42,999 nt of DNA from a virus (Duplodnaviria > Heunggongvirae > Uroviricota > Caudoviricetes): positions 1 to 42,999 of the IMG/VR virus record IMGVR_UViG_2703718845_000002; one strand, 5' to 3'. Below are positions 28,190-36,924 of this stretch, piece after piece. The notes under the pieces were generated by a model. That model was not told where the DNA came from and searched no databases. It saw nothing but the letters and a program-made list of their open reading frames with translations. Position numbers and translations under genes: made by a program. Numbering within the stretch: the first letter of the stretch is position 1; each line of letters opens with the position of its first letter.

Positions 28190-28209
28190 AAAAACCCGCA
28201 GTAAGCGGG
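28190..28209 (-). terminator. Rho-independent terminator in early-right operon (tR2-like position)
   Basis: Minus-strand RNA CCCGC-UUACU-GCGGG followed by U5, between a hypothetical gene and ninB. Confidence 0.55.
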
Positions 28210-28231
28210 TTATGTGCGGTCGATGATTGAA

Positions 28232-28492
28232 TTACATTGGTTTCAGCTTTGATGCCTTTATTAAGCGCTCTATCTCAGACCCTTCAATGCTTTTACAACT
28301 TGCAAAAGCATAGTATTCCCCATCAATCCTCATTGAATCCATTATGTATCGAGGAGCACTGCGCACTTCTGTGTGCGGGGAGCGAGAACTCACAATGGTG
28401 GGGGTGTAATCCACAATAACACCATCACGCTGGAACTCTCTCTCTTCTATTTCACCGTCACGATTGCCGCCAATAAGTAAGACCTGAACCAT
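28232..28492 (-). CDS. Hypothetical protein
   Basis: 86 aa ORF, ATG at 28492, followed by terminator. Confidence 0.5.
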   Translation of the reverse strand: MVQVLLIGGNRDGEIEEREFQRDGVIVDYTPTIVSSRSPHTEVRSAPRYIMDSMRIDGEYYAFASCKSIEGSEIERLIKASKLKPM

Positions 28493-28510
28493 TCTTTTCT
28501 CCTTGTTTAA

Positions 28511-28774
28511 TCACTTCTTAGAGTTCTGCTCTGCCATTTCCAGATAGCGCGGTTCGGATGCGCGTGGTAACTGGATGCTCTGCTCACGATAGTAGCGGAC
28601 ACGTTCCATGAAATACTCGCGTAGGTGTTCAGGCTGCTCTCTGGCCACCACTTCGGCGACAACCGGCATGTTCAGGCGCTCTTTGTAAGCGACGCCGGAC
28701 GCGGCGAGGTCAACGTTGACTTTGTCCTGCTCGTCTTTCGATTTGGCTGCTATGTTCCAGGATGATGTTGTCAA
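28511..28774 (-). CDS. Hypothetical protein (apparent TTG start)
   Basis: 87 aa ORF; first codon is TTG overlapping upstream stop (TTGA); no early in-frame ATG. Confidence 0.35.
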   Translation of the reverse strand: MTTSSWNIAAKSKDEQDKVNVDLAASGVAYKERLNMPVVAEVVAREQPEHLREYFMERVRYYREQSIQLPRASEPRYLEMAEQNSKK

Positions 28775-28953
28775 TCTGCTGTCCTCCCTCTTTTCTTGCG
28801 CGTTTCATAGGGCGATCTGTAGGTGTCAACGGAAAGCACTTCTTTCTCGCCAAATCGCTTGGCGTTAGCGATATCCAGTTGAAGCCAGATTTTTTTATAC
28901 CGCTTCCGCGAAGCTTTGAGCTTTTCGGCAGGTGTCATTTTTTTGTTTGTCAT
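28771..28953 (-). CDS. Hypothetical small basic protein
   Basis: 60 aa, ATG at 28953 with GAGGGGA SD. Confidence 0.5.
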   Translation of the reverse strand: MTNKKMTPAEKLKASRKRYKKIWLQLDIANAKRFGEKEVLSVDTYRSPYETRKKRGRTAD

Positions 28954-28989
28954 AAAAATCCCCTCTGCTGTGGAGGGGATTATACATTA

Positions 28990-29187
28990 TTATTTCTGAG
29001 CTTTTTTTACCCGGATTATTGATGGGACACAGGTATTGCCAATGATAGGACCGCCTACTGTCATCACCGTGTAGTCATCTTTCACGCCATCGAGCGTTAA
29101 TGACAGCAAATCACCCGCCCTGACATCCGCGCTAAGTTCAATATCTTCCTTCCGCTCTGTCTCATTGAACGTCACTGTATACAGCAT
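28990..29187 (-). CDS. Hypothetical small protein
   Basis: Track ORF to 29193 starts with GTG; ATG at 29187 with AGGTGG SD; 65 aa. Confidence 0.5.
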   Translation of the reverse strand: MLYTVTFNETERKEDIELSADVRAGDLLSLTLDGVKDDYTVMTVGGPIIGNTCVPSIIRVKKAQK

Positions 29188-29301
29188 TTTCACGCCACCT
29201 AAGCAAATGAAGAATAGGTAAACACATTACCACGCCCTCACTTCCAGCCAAACAGATCTTTACCTCCTGCGCGGCTTTGCGTTCGGCGGGGGATTTAGGC
29301 A

Positions 29302-29523
29302 TCAGTATTCATCCTCGTCCCAATCGTCATCTTCCTCATCCTCGTCATCATCGCAGGATGCGAGCAATGGATTCATTCTCCGCCCTACCCGGCAGGCGTA
29401 CCCGCGGCGACCGAGGTTGTGTAGCACGCTGTAGATTTCGAACATTTCTGTTCGCTCATCACCAATATCAAGCTCACAGGCCAGTGTGTGGCATATCAGT
29501 AGCGAGCGCCGATATCTTATCAA
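29302..29523 (-). CDS. Hypothetical protein with poly-acidic C-terminus (start uncertain)
   Basis: 73 aa track ORF begins with TTG; first ATG is at residue 27; C-terminus DDDEDEEDDDWDEDEY. Confidence 0.35.
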   Translation of the reverse strand: MIRYRRSLLICHTLACELDIGDERTEMFEIYSVLHNLGRRGYACRVGRRMNPLLASCDDDEDEEDDDWDEDEY

Positions 29524-29534
29524 GCAGTTCGACC

Positions 29535-29954
29535 TTATTCACTTTTCACTTCTCTTGGTGTGGCTGAGAAATGCTCAACGCCTTTAGCCCAGATTTCTTT
29601 GATAGTCGTCCAGGTGACAGGTACCGTAATTTCAATTCTCCCGCTGCCATCACAGGTTTCACATTCATCATCACCAAAGCATTCCGGGCAGTTTACGAAC
29701 TTGGTTTCTGAAAACTCACCCGATAGCGCCCCCTTAGCGCCGTTCTCAGCAGTTAGCCTGATTGGCACCATCACGTAACCATTAGGAATTGCCGGAGAAT
29801 TGCCGTCTTGCACCGGACAGCAATCGGATTGCGCCAGAGAGTTGCCAGCCTCATAAGCCACACGTAACCAGTGATAAAAAGCTTCTGTGGTAACACAGCC
29901 GCAATCTACCTCAATAACCCCATCCTGTTGTGCTAACCATTCTTCGAATTTCAT
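29535..29954 (-). CDS. Hypothetical Cys-rich protein
   Basis: 139 aa, ATG at 29954 with GGAGGT SD and ATGA overlap; contains CPECFGDDECETCDGSG cluster suggestive of metal binding. Confidence 0.55.
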   Translation of the reverse strand: MKFEEWLAQQDGVIEVDCGCVTTEAFYHWLRVAYEAGNSLAQSDCCPVQDGNSPAIPNGYVMVPIRLTAENGAKGALSGEFSETKFVNCPECFGDDECETCDGSGRIEITVPVTWTTIKEIWAKGVEHFSATPREVKSE

Positions 29955-30340
29955 GACTTACCTCCGCTGAGCATGGCGGCGCGGCAGGCGTTCCACATAT
30001 CAGCCGCGATGCAGCACGCATATTCATCTGGATTTGAAGTCGGCAGAATGCCTTTGATGACTTCATAATCAGGCTCAATAGCTGACGGCACCACCGGAGC
30101 TGGCTGCGGGGCAGCGAATATTTCGACACCTTCTGGTAACTGCTGATAAAGTGAGACGTGAATGCTTTTCCTCTCCCCAGCACCGACATATCGGACAATG
30201 CCAACCGGCTCGCTGTCCATTGCGGCCAGCGCCATGCGGGCTAGATAAGATGCCTCACCGCACTGCACGTGATCGGTTTCAATAATTTCGAGTAACTGCT
30301 CTCTGGTTATGGTTGATTTGGTCATTGTTTTATTCTCCAT
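29951..30340 (-). CDS. Hypothetical protein
   Basis: Track ORF to 30346 begins with TTG; ATG at 30340; 129 aa. Confidence 0.5.
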   Translation of the reverse strand: MENKTMTKSTITREQLLEIIETDHVQCGEASYLARMALAAMDSEPVGIVRYVGAGERKSIHVSLYQQLPEGVEIFAAPQPAPVVPSAIEPDYEVIKGILPTSNPDEYACCIAADMWNACRAAMLSGGKS

Positions 30341-30521
30341 CGCCAATCGCCTTATTCAGCTGGTCAAGGACGATATCAGTCATGATGCCTTTGCCATTCA
30401 CTTTGATGTGGGCCTGTATTTCGCTGCGCGCCGCTTTGAGTGTGCCGACGCTGACGAATACCCGGCGCTGGTTTTCTGCGTTTATCTTGCGCAGGCGCTC
30501 TAAAGCTGTTTTCTCTGCCAT
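30330..30521 (-). CDS. Hypothetical small protein
   Basis: Track ORF to 30524 begins with GTG; ATG at 30521 overlaps upstream stop (ATGA); 63 aa. Confidence 0.5.
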   Translation of the reverse strand: MAEKTALERLRKINAENQRRVFVSVGTLKAARSEIQAHIKVNGKGIMTDIVLDQLNKAIGDGE

Positions 30522-30889
30522 CACTCAGCCTCCACCTTGATGCCAGCGGCGGCCAGCGCCGCGTTAACTTCTGCCTCGGGGTATGCGTATATTGCGCAGT
30601 GCGCCGCAGTGAACTCTCGGCGATGCAAAACGCTAATAGGCTTCGGCAGCTTCACGGTGCGGGACTCCAATGACGACAAAAGCGCTTTAATTTCTCCTTG
30701 CTGAAATGCAATCGTCTCCTGCGCCTTCTCCAGCGCCTCTACCAGCGCGATGACATTGTTTGGGTTAGCCAGGGCGTAAAATTTCTCCGCCGCCGCACGG
30801 CCTTTCGAATACCGGGCGATAATGGCGAGCTCTTTGGCATCGATCGCTGCCGCTTTCAGGCTCTGCGCCAGTTCGGTGATATCAGTCAT
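30521..30889 (-). CDS. Ead/Ea22-like protein (tentative)
   Basis: 122 aa helical protein in the early-right accessory region; family assignment from remembered sequence pattern only. Confidence 0.4.
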   Translation of the reverse strand: MTDITELAQSLKAAAIDAKELAIIARYSKGRAAAEKFYALANPNNVIALVEALEKAQETIAFQQGEIKALLSSLESRTVKLPKPISVLHRREFTAAHCAIYAYPEAEVNAALAAAGIKVEAE

Positions 30890-31145
30890 TGGCCTTTCCC
30901 TCGCTGCGGAACATCATGATTGTCAGGTCGCCTTTAGTGGCCAGGCGAACGGTAGAGCCAGGTTCCAGGCTGTTAAGCTCAAAGGCGTCATAAAACTCAT
31001 TCACAGCTTTCTGGCGGCGAGATTCCTTACGACGCTTGTCCCACTGCCTCAGAGCATTTTTGGTAATCCACTGGCCTGTTTTAACCATGATGTATGCCCA
31101 TCCCAGAATGGCTAAACCGGTATTGAGGTAAGTGGCGATGCTCAT
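30882..31145 (-). CDS. Small membrane protein
   Basis: Track ORF to 31181 begins with GTG; ATG at 31145 overlaps upstream stop; N-terminal TM helix IATYLNTGLAILGWAYIMV. Confidence 0.45.
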   Translation of the reverse strand: MSIATYLNTGLAILGWAYIMVKTGQWITKNALRQWDKRRKESRRQKAVNEFYDAFELNSLEPGSTVRLATKGDLTIMMFRSEGKAND

Positions 31146-31588
31146 TTCCCGGCCCCCTCGCGCAGCGAGTCTGCCAGCCACTGCAAATTCATGATCTGCA
31201 CGCCGATATTGCTGAACTTTTTATCCAGGTGAGCGATGGCCTTCTCAACTCCGCGCGCCTCGGCTTCGGCCATGATGCGATCGGTGGCGGGGGTTTCGAT
31301 ATTGTTGAGAGCGTCAGTAAACCCGCCCCTTTCCATGCCAAGTTCGGCTTCATAGTCGGCATCAAATGCAGCGTTTTTGCAGAAATTCTTCAGCGCCACA
31401 TTCTCCGCAGCCAGCTGAGCATTTGGGTCTGCCAGCATATTCCCGGTTTTTATGGCGGCATCCAGTGAAGCGCTGCAAATGCGGAACTCTTTCGCCAGCT
31501 TCAGGAACTTCTGTTCTCTGATCGACGGCTCGCCTGCGCTCTCAAGGGAGGCGATGAGCTCGTTTAGTGCCTGTAATGTGATAGTCAT
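31142..31588 (-). CDS. Hypothetical protein
   Basis: Track ORF to 31645; in-frame ATG at 31588 overlaps upstream stop (ATGA); 148 aa. Confidence 0.5.
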   Translation of the reverse strand: MTITLQALNELIASLESAGEPSIREQKFLKLAKEFRICSASLDAAIKTGNMLADPNAQLAAENVALKNFCKNAAFDADYEAELGMERGGFTDALNNIETPATDRIMAEAEARGVEKAIAHLDKKFSNIGVQIMNLQWLADSLREGAGK

Positions 31589-31881
31589 GCTGATGTTCTC
31601 CCGTAAACAGCCAGTACCCGTTTCATCGCTGGGCTTTGCCGACACTCGTTAAAAATCTGATTGGTGCTCTTCCTGCCTGAAATTTCTTCTTCAGTGGCCA
31701 ACCGGTAGTAAACCGTACGCCACACCCGAGCTTCCGCTACCAGCACCCCCTGCTTTGCCAGGATATTTGCAGCCTGGTTGATGCAGGTATGCGTCATTCC
31801 TGAAGCCGCGGCGACATCTGGAGAGCTGCAGGTTTTATGCGTTTTCAGGTAGTTCAGAATTACGTCTTTGCCTGTCATCAT
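31585..31881 (-). CDS. Putative winged-helix DNA-binding protein
   Basis: About 98 aa; track start 31887 is GTG, ATGs at 31881 and 31878 (the latter overlapping the upstream stop). Confidence 0.5.
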   Translation of the reverse strand: MMTGKDVILNYLKTHKTCSSPDVAAASGMTHTCINQAANILAKQGVLVAEARVWRTVYYRLATEEEISGRKSTNQIFNECRQSPAMKRVLAVYGRTSA

Positions 31882-32468
31882 TGCCACCTGTTCTCAAGAA
31901 GCGCCTGTCCGTTGCGAATGAGCTTGGCCTTGTCCTTCTCGCCAATCAGAAATGGCATTGGTTCGCGCTGGAATCCCGCGCGCATGTTCTGCGCATCATC
32001 CATGCCGATCATCACCGTTTCGCACTTGCTGACGCCGGTTATCAGGTAAGAGCGGTAACGCTTTTCGAACTCGCGGGAACGGAACGGCAATTCCTCTTCG
32101 CTCATCCCGGCAAATTCAATCCACCCACCCATATCGGCAATGACCGCATGGATGATCGGATCATCAAACACAACGCTGTTGCGGCGCCCATAACTGCAGA
32201 TTGCCCTGTATGCTTTCGACCAGGCCATCAGCGCTTTGCCATCTTTGTTGCCTTCGATGTGACGAAGAAGATCCGCAGGCTTAGGGAAAAACTGGCCGTT
32301 GTCGGTATCGCGGGTATGCCCCCGGAAGGAGCGCATCACATCTTCAACCGGGTAAGGCTTGAGGGCATTCCAGTAAATACCCACCATCACCTCGGATATA
32401 TCCTTTCCGTAAATCTCGCCGATCGCTGCCATGGACTGGGCGAACTTTGGTTTTTCAGAATCGTTCAT
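31878..32468 (-). CDS. Replication-module protein of unknown type (lambda P position)
   Basis: 196 aa directly downstream of and coupled (ATGA) to the O-like initiator; no DnaC-type Walker motifs recognised. Confidence 0.5.
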   Translation of the reverse strand: MNDSEKPKFAQSMAAIGEIYGKDISEVMVGIYWNALKPYPVEDVMRSFRGHTRDTDNGQFFPKPADLLRHIEGNKDGKALMAWSKAYRAICSYGRRNSVVFDDPIIHAVIADMGGWIEFAGMSEEELPFRSREFEKRYRSYLITGVSKCETVMIGMDDAQNMRAGFQREPMPFLIGEKDKAKLIRNGQALLENRWQ

Positions 32469-33487
32469 CAGAAAAGTTCTCCTGAATCAGTGCCGCCAGC
32501 CCAGCGCTGGAGGGTTTCAAGGTTGCGAGCCGTTGTGGCTGAGTACTGGCCCTGAGAAATTGCCATTGCGTGAGCATCGCCGGCCATATCACGAAGTTTT
32601 TCGACCTGAGCAGCGTCTCGCAGGAGCGTCTCAATGCCGTCATAGCGCTTTCTGGAAGGGTTCTTTCCCATAAGCCACGGATCGCCTTTTGCGCCAGTTA
32701 TGGCCCGGCACAGCTCGTCCACAGTGAAGCCTTCCGCCAGTCGCGCCTTGATGCGCTTGCGGCGTTTGTCGTCGAGTTTTGCTGACGGGTGGTCATGTTC
32801 TTTCTGCCAGTGGGTGAAAACCAGTCTTACAGGGTCGGTCTTCGGCTGCTCCTGAATAACCGGATCGGGATCTGGTTTTCCACACTCGTCCCCAGCGGGG
32901 ACTATAGGGGTTAGATCTGTTTTTATATTTGTCTTTGAAAGAATGTCTTTGGTGTTCCCTGTTTCCGGGGATACCTTTCCCTGTTTTTGGGGATGGTTAT
33001 CCCTGTTTTCAGGGATGGTTGGCGCGGCTATTCTGCTATCCCTAATTTCAGGGATGGTGATAACCTGCGTTTCAACTTCAGCGACCGGAAAACTCACCGG
33101 ACATTTAGGGCATTTCGGTTTGGTATAAGCCCATGCATCCAGACAGGTGTTGATCCCGATGTATCGTGTTTGCCCAATCCTGCGAACCTTGATGATGTTG
33201 CGATAAGCAAGGCTGAGAACCGCTTCAGAAACGTGCTTAACCGCCAGCATGGTTTTGTCAGCGATGAGGCTGTTAGCGATCCGGTCTTCTTTTTTCGACC
33301 AGCCATACGTCAGGCGAACAATTGCATTCAGCACGCGAAATTCGCGCCCCGAAAGCTCCACTACACACAAGGCGTCCTGAATCTGGTTAGCAAGGCGCAG
33401 ATAGCCATTGTCCAGATCAGCCATGCGACTCTCCTGCTGTACCTTTTCCGGCACAGGGAAATTGATTACTTCGGCAGTATTTGCCAT
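32468..33487 (-). CDS. Replication initiator protein (lambda O-like), contains ori iterons
   Basis: 339 aa; N-terminal REFRVLNAIVRLTYGW resembles the replisome-organiser domain; four DNA iterons lie in the middle of the gene as in lambda O. Confidence 0.75.
   Translation of the reverse strand: MANTAEVINFPVPEKVQQESRMADLDNGYLRLANQIQDALCVVELSGREFRVLNAIVRLTYGWSKKEDRIANSLIADKTMLAVKHVSEAVLSLAYRNIIKVRRIGQTRYIGINTCLDAWAYTKPKCPKCPVSFPVAEVETQVITIPEIRDSRIAAPTIPENRDNHPQKQGKVSPETGNTKDILSKTNIKTDLTPIVPAGDECGKPDPDPVIQEQPKTDPVRLVFTHWQKEHDHPSAKLDDKRRKRIKARLAEGFTVDELCRAITGAKGDPWLMGKNPSRKRYDGIETLLRDAAQVEKLRDMAGDAHAMAISQGQYSATTARNLETLQRWAGGTDSGELF
32951..33062. repeat. Replication origin iterons (four ~19-bp repeats) with adjacent AT-rich tract
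   Basis: Four repeats read directly (TCCCTGTTTCCGGGGATA, TCCCTGTTTTTGGGGATGG, ATCCCTGTTTTCAGGGATGG, ATCCCTAATTTCAGGGATGG) at about 32956, 32978, 33001, 33039; AT-rich tract 32916..32950. Confidence 0.7.
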
Positions 33488-33572
33488 AATTACTCCTGTG
33501 AATTTGTTCAGTTAATTCGCGTAGAAAGCCGTTAGTGTTCCCGCACTGCGGCTTTCGCCCTTCTGTTTCCAC

Positions 33573-33794
33573 TCATGCTTCAAAATCACCTTTCTCTCCC
33601 GGCCTGTTAGAAATCAGGATGGCCAGCAGTAGCGACATGTTCGGCAGCAGACTTTCCCGCCAGCGACTCACCGTCGACTTATTCACTCCGGCCACTTTGG
33701 CGATATTCGTGGTTCCCAGTTCAGCTATCTGGCTGTGTAACCAGCTTTCTATCCTGCGAGCCTCCACTTTGTTGCGTGTCGTTGAACTCTCCAT
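33573..33794 (-). CDS. cII: CII transcriptional activator
   Basis: RIESWLHSQIAELGTTNIAKVAGVNKSTVSRWRESLLPNMSLLLAIL closely parallels lambda CII; ATG at 33794 with AGAGGAAG SD. Confidence 0.85.
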   Translation of the reverse strand: MESSTTRNKVEARRIESWLHSQIAELGTTNIAKVAGVNKSTVSRWRESLLPNMSLLLAILISNRPGEKGDFEA

Positions 33795-33873
33795 TTGTGA
33801 TACTTCCTCTGGTGGTGTTTGGAATGGCTGAATTACTCAGTCAGAACCCGCTGACTGCTCAATTCAGCTTTGT

Positions 33874-34065
33874 TTAATCAGGATTTCTGTTATGTGGGAA
33901 AGGCTTGATCTCCTCAGCCTTAATTTTTCCATCAGGCAGGGTGTTAACGAAAATCTTCCGCCCTACCCGGATAGCTTTACTAATTGCGGTCTGGTGAACG
34001 CCGATGGCATCAGCAGCTCTTGCCTGTCCAACTTCGTCAACGTATTCAGCTAAAGAAATTTTCAT
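33874..34065 (-). CDS. cro: Cro repressor
   Basis: 63 aa from ATG at 34065 (AGGAG SD): MKISLAEYVDEVGQARAADAIGVHQTAISKAIRVGRKIFV...AEEIKPFP parallels lambda Cro; the track ORF extends upstream through the operator region. Confidence 0.85.
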   Translation of the reverse strand: MKISLAEYVDEVGQARAADAIGVHQTAISKAIRVGRKIFVNTLPDGKIKAEEIKPFPHNRNPD

Positions 34066-34169
34066 GTGGTTAGCTCCTATCAACTCATGAGCAAACAATA
34101 CCACAAGTATTAAACATTGCAATACCGCTAGTATTTTTAAAATAAGAACATTGGTATTACTATTTGAAA
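34066..34169. promoter_or_regulatory. OR region: operators and divergent pR / pRM promoters
   Basis: Two 15-bp palindromic operators AATACCACAAGTATT (34097..34111) and AATACCGCTAGTATT (34121..34135), 24 bp centre to centre, between divergent cro and cI; a third degenerate site may lie near 34145..34160. Confidence 0.7.
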
Positions 34170-34880
34170 ATGGAAAAGAAAAAGACACTGACATCGGCTC
34201 AGATCGCTGACGCAGAAAGGCTGAAAGCCCTCTATGAAGCCAAGAAAAAAGAGCTTGGGATAACACAGCAATCAATAGCTGACATGCTAGACATATCTCA
34301 GGGGGGCGTTGGGCATTACTTGAATGGCAGGAATGCCCTTAATGCTGCCGTGGCTGCTGTTTTTGCCAGAGCCCTCCAGGTGGATGTCTCTGATTTTAGC
34401 CCCAGCCTTGCGAAAGAAATATCTGCAATGAGTGCTTCCGCTACATCGAATGCCAAGTATGCAGGCCAGTACACCCCAGGCATTAAATACCCTGTATTAA
34501 GCAAGATTCAGGCTGGGCATTGGTCGGAAGCGTGCGAGCCGTATGCACTTAAAGATATCGATCTATGGCTAGAATCAGACGCTCACATCCAGGGGGATGC
34601 GTTCTGGTTGTTGGTCGAGGGGGAATCCATGACTGCCCCGGTCGGGCTCAGCATACCAGAGGGTACCTACGTTTTGTTTGATACCGGCCGAGAGCCAGTA
34701 AATGGCAGCCTTGTGATCGCAAAGCTATCCGAATCAAACGAAGCGACATTCAAAAAGCTGATTATTGATGGGGGCCAGAAGTACCTGAAGGGCTTAAACC
34801 CTCAATGGCCATTGGTTCCCATCAATGGGAATTGCCGGATCATTGGTGTGGCTGTAGAAACTAAGTTGAGACTTGTGTGA
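34170..34880 (+). CDS. cI: CI repressor (HTH plus LexA/S24-like autocleavage domain)
   Basis: MEKKKTLTSAQIADAERLKALYEAKKKELGITQ and C-terminal GESMTAP ... FKKLIIDGGQKYLKGLNPQWP parallel lambda CI; track start 34164 is TTG, first ATG at 34170. Confidence 0.9.
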   Translation: MEKKKTLTSAQIADAERLKALYEAKKKELGITQQSIADMLDISQGGVGHYLNGRNALNAAVAAVFARALQVDVSDFSPSLAKEISAMSASATSNAKYAGQYTPGIKYPVLSKIQAGHWSEACEPYALKDIDLWLESDAHIQGDAFWLLVEGESMTAPVGLSIPEGTYVLFDTGREPVNGSLVIAKLSESNEATFKKLIIDGGQKYLKGLNPQWPLVPINGNCRIIGVAVETKLRLV

Positions 34881-34981
34881 TCAGCAGCATGCCGCGGACG
34901 TACAGGAAGCATGGGTAGTCGGTAGTGGACTGACAAGGTGTTTGGGTGATGAGAAGATAGCAATAACTTAGAGGCTTAAAT

Positions 34982-35746
34982 GTGATCAGAATAGGAAGGT
35001 TACTACCTGGCGGCATTGCAATTGACGAAGGGCAACATCACCCGATAAAGGGCGTTGCTCTTTTGATAAAAGAAAATAGCGAACCAGAAGAGATTGTTGT
35101 TTTTGCAAAAGAAATTTCTTCCAGGAGCATTTCTATAGAAATAACCTGCGCAGCCTTGGGAAGAGCTCTATCCCTGCCTATACCCGAGCCAGTACTACTG
35201 TTTGACAGCTCAAACAAAGCATTTTTTGGTAGTGTTGATGCTACCTATCCGAGTTTCATGAAGTATGTTTCTAACTCTTCAGATCAGGCCGTTTCTGATG
35301 CTTTGGCATCATGGCCGTTATTGAAAAAAGCTAGCTATTTTGATGAGTGGATTGCGATGGATGACCGTCACAACGGAAATTTGCTTTTCAATGGTGATGG
35401 TTTCTTCCTGATAGACCATGAATCGGCAATTCCCCAAGGTCTTGCCCCTGACCTTTTCGGGATAGATTATTACTCCAATCAATTGCTGCAGGTAGCAACT
35501 TACATACTCGATAGAAGTAATGATATAGCCGTTCAGATGATGGCAAATGAGGCGAGAGCTTGGACCATGTCTTGCAAGAGTAACACCCTAACGCTATTAG
35601 ATGGAGAGATATCCGAAACAGTTCAAGGTAAAGAGAAAAATCAAATAATGTCTTTCCTTTCATCTAGAATTGAGTTACTAGGAGACATTCTTTATGATCA
35701 AATCAAGCCCCAACAAACACAGATGATATACGATGCTAAATCTTGA
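34982..35746 (+). CDS. Kinase-like protein (HipA/CtkA-like or APH-like catalytic motifs), first gene of rex-position cargo operon
   Basis: GTG start with AGAGG SD 9 nt upstream, no in-frame ATG nearby; 254 aa; AT-rich; motifs VVFAKEI, MDDRHNGNLLF (D-x-H-x-x-N) and FFLIDHES. Confidence 0.6.
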   Translation: MIRIGRLLPGGIAIDEGQHHPIKGVALLIKENSEPEEIVVFAKEISSRSISIEITCAALGRALSLPIPEPVLLFDSSNKAFFGSVDATYPSFMKYVSNSSDQAVSDALASWPLLKKASYFDEWIAMDDRHNGNLLFNGDGFFLIDHESAIPQGLAPDLFGIDYYSNQLLQVATYILDRSNDIAVQMMANEARAWTMSCKSNTLTLLDGEISETVQGKEKNQIMSFLSSRIELLGDILYDQIKPQQTQMIYDAKS

Positions 35747-36614
35747 TCAGCTTCTTAAGTCAGCTCCTGCTATGCCTGCAACATCAGGGCGCTGGGCATC
35801 TGTTTATCTTGAACCAATGATCGGCTCAGGAGAGCGGCTCACGGTAGCAGTTGCCACGATAACATCATCTGGTGAAATTTTAGTTAAGCCGGCAATCAGA
35901 AAAGAAGTTATAGAAGCTATGTATGGCTTCAAAGCACCAGCATTTATCAATGTGGTTGATCTGATTTTGTCGAGTTTGAAGTTGCATCTGGCTGCTAAGG
36001 GGGATTTCGTATCATGGCATCCTCCAGTTACAGGCGTCACTATAAGCGCCGTAAGGAATGCTGCGTCATCAAGCCCTGTTGGCATACTCCGCCAAGCGGT
36101 ATCATTGTCATCGAGTTTGTCATCACTCCTTGAGGCTGAAGAAGATTCCGATGGGTTGCCAGCTAAGCAATCAAGAACTAAAGACAGGTGGCCAATTCAA
36201 ATCTTTGATGCGGTTATCAGCGCTGACGGACGCAGGGATATTTTTTTCAATAGAAGCTTCACCTTTAGTGATGGACACAGACCGGCTAAAATTTTCTATC
36301 TAAGCGATCATGCAGCTATCAACACCGGAAAACTGTTACCCCACAACTTGAATGAGCAGGTTAAGGATGGAAAAGCAAAAATATCTGACTTATCAATGAT
36401 AAAAAGGCAAGGCGATATTTTTCCAAGAGAAACTCATCAAATGATTATCTACAAACCGGAAGATGATAGCCCTGCATACAATGATAGGCACATAGCATCA
36501 ATAAATAGTGCGTACCTTTCTTTACAGGACTTGGCTAACACCTACGATGTATCAATCACTTCTGTAAGCACTGCCGAGCATGCAGCAAGGTTAATATTGC
36601 AAACTGCAGCATAA
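35733..36614 (+). CDS. Unknown partner protein of rex-position operon (tentatively DUF3037-like N-terminus)
   Basis: ATG at 35733 overlaps the 3' end of the kinase-like gene by 14 nt; 293 aa; AT-rich; N-terminal YLEPMIGSGERLTVAVA; no recognisable catalytic motif. Confidence 0.6.
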   Translation: MLNLDQLLKSAPAMPATSGRWASVYLEPMIGSGERLTVAVATITSSGEILVKPAIRKEVIEAMYGFKAPAFINVVDLILSSLKLHLAAKGDFVSWHPPVTGVTISAVRNAASSSPVGILRQAVSLSSSLSSLLEAEEDSDGLPAKQSRTKDRWPIQIFDAVISADGRRDIFFNRSFTFSDGHRPAKIFYLSDHAAINTGKLLPHNLNEQVKDGKAKISDLSMIKRQGDIFPRETHQMIIYKPEDDSPAYNDRHIASINSAYLSLQDLANTYDVSITSVSTAEHAARLILQTAA

Positions 36615-36621
36615 CTTTTGA

Positions 36622-36645
36622 TCCGGCCACCGCGCCGGGTTTTTA
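36622..36645 (+). terminator. Rho-independent terminator ending the cI/cargo operon
   Basis: Plus-strand CCGGC-CACCGC-GCCGG followed by T5, 8 nt after the stop of the second cargo gene. Confidence 0.55.
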
Positions 36646-36650
36646 CTGCC

Positions 36651-36854
36651 CTACTCTTCCCTCAGCATCAGCACGTCCAGCGCCAACTCCACAGCCAGAT
36701 CGACCTGGTCTTCCTGCCACAACACCTGAATCATCTCTATCAGCGCCTCTCTTGAGGGCTCGCGCTTCTCAACCAGCAGTTGCATAACCACTATCCCGAT
36801 GACCTGCGCTATCTGCGGGTGCATTTCTGCGAAAAACTCATCCTCATTTGACAT
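36651..36854 (-). CDS. Small acidic protein, convergent to the cargo operon
   Basis: 67 aa, ATG at 36854 with AAAGGGG SD; pI strongly acidic (ending LMLREE); GC content like the phage backbone; promoter would lie in the OL region. Confidence 0.45.
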   Translation of the reverse strand: MSNEDEFFAEMHPQIAQVIGIVVMQLLVEKREPSREALIEMIQVLWQEDQVDLAVELALDVLMLREE

Positions 36855-36924
36855 GCCAACACCCCTTTATGATGTTTTTTTGAGCATAACAGCACTTTTT
36901 ACAAAAATAAATTAACTTTAAAAT

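Noticed and set aside
31881-32555. 224-aa plus-strand ORF
   Set aside because: Antisense to the replication-module gene in an otherwise minus-strand early-right operon.
32951-33062. Possible CRISPR array
   Set aside because: Only four short imperfect repeats with irregular spacing inside a coding gene; they fit origin iterons, not CRISPR repeats.
32987-33535. 182-aa plus-strand ORF
   Set aside because: Antisense to the O-like initiator gene and spanning the iterons.
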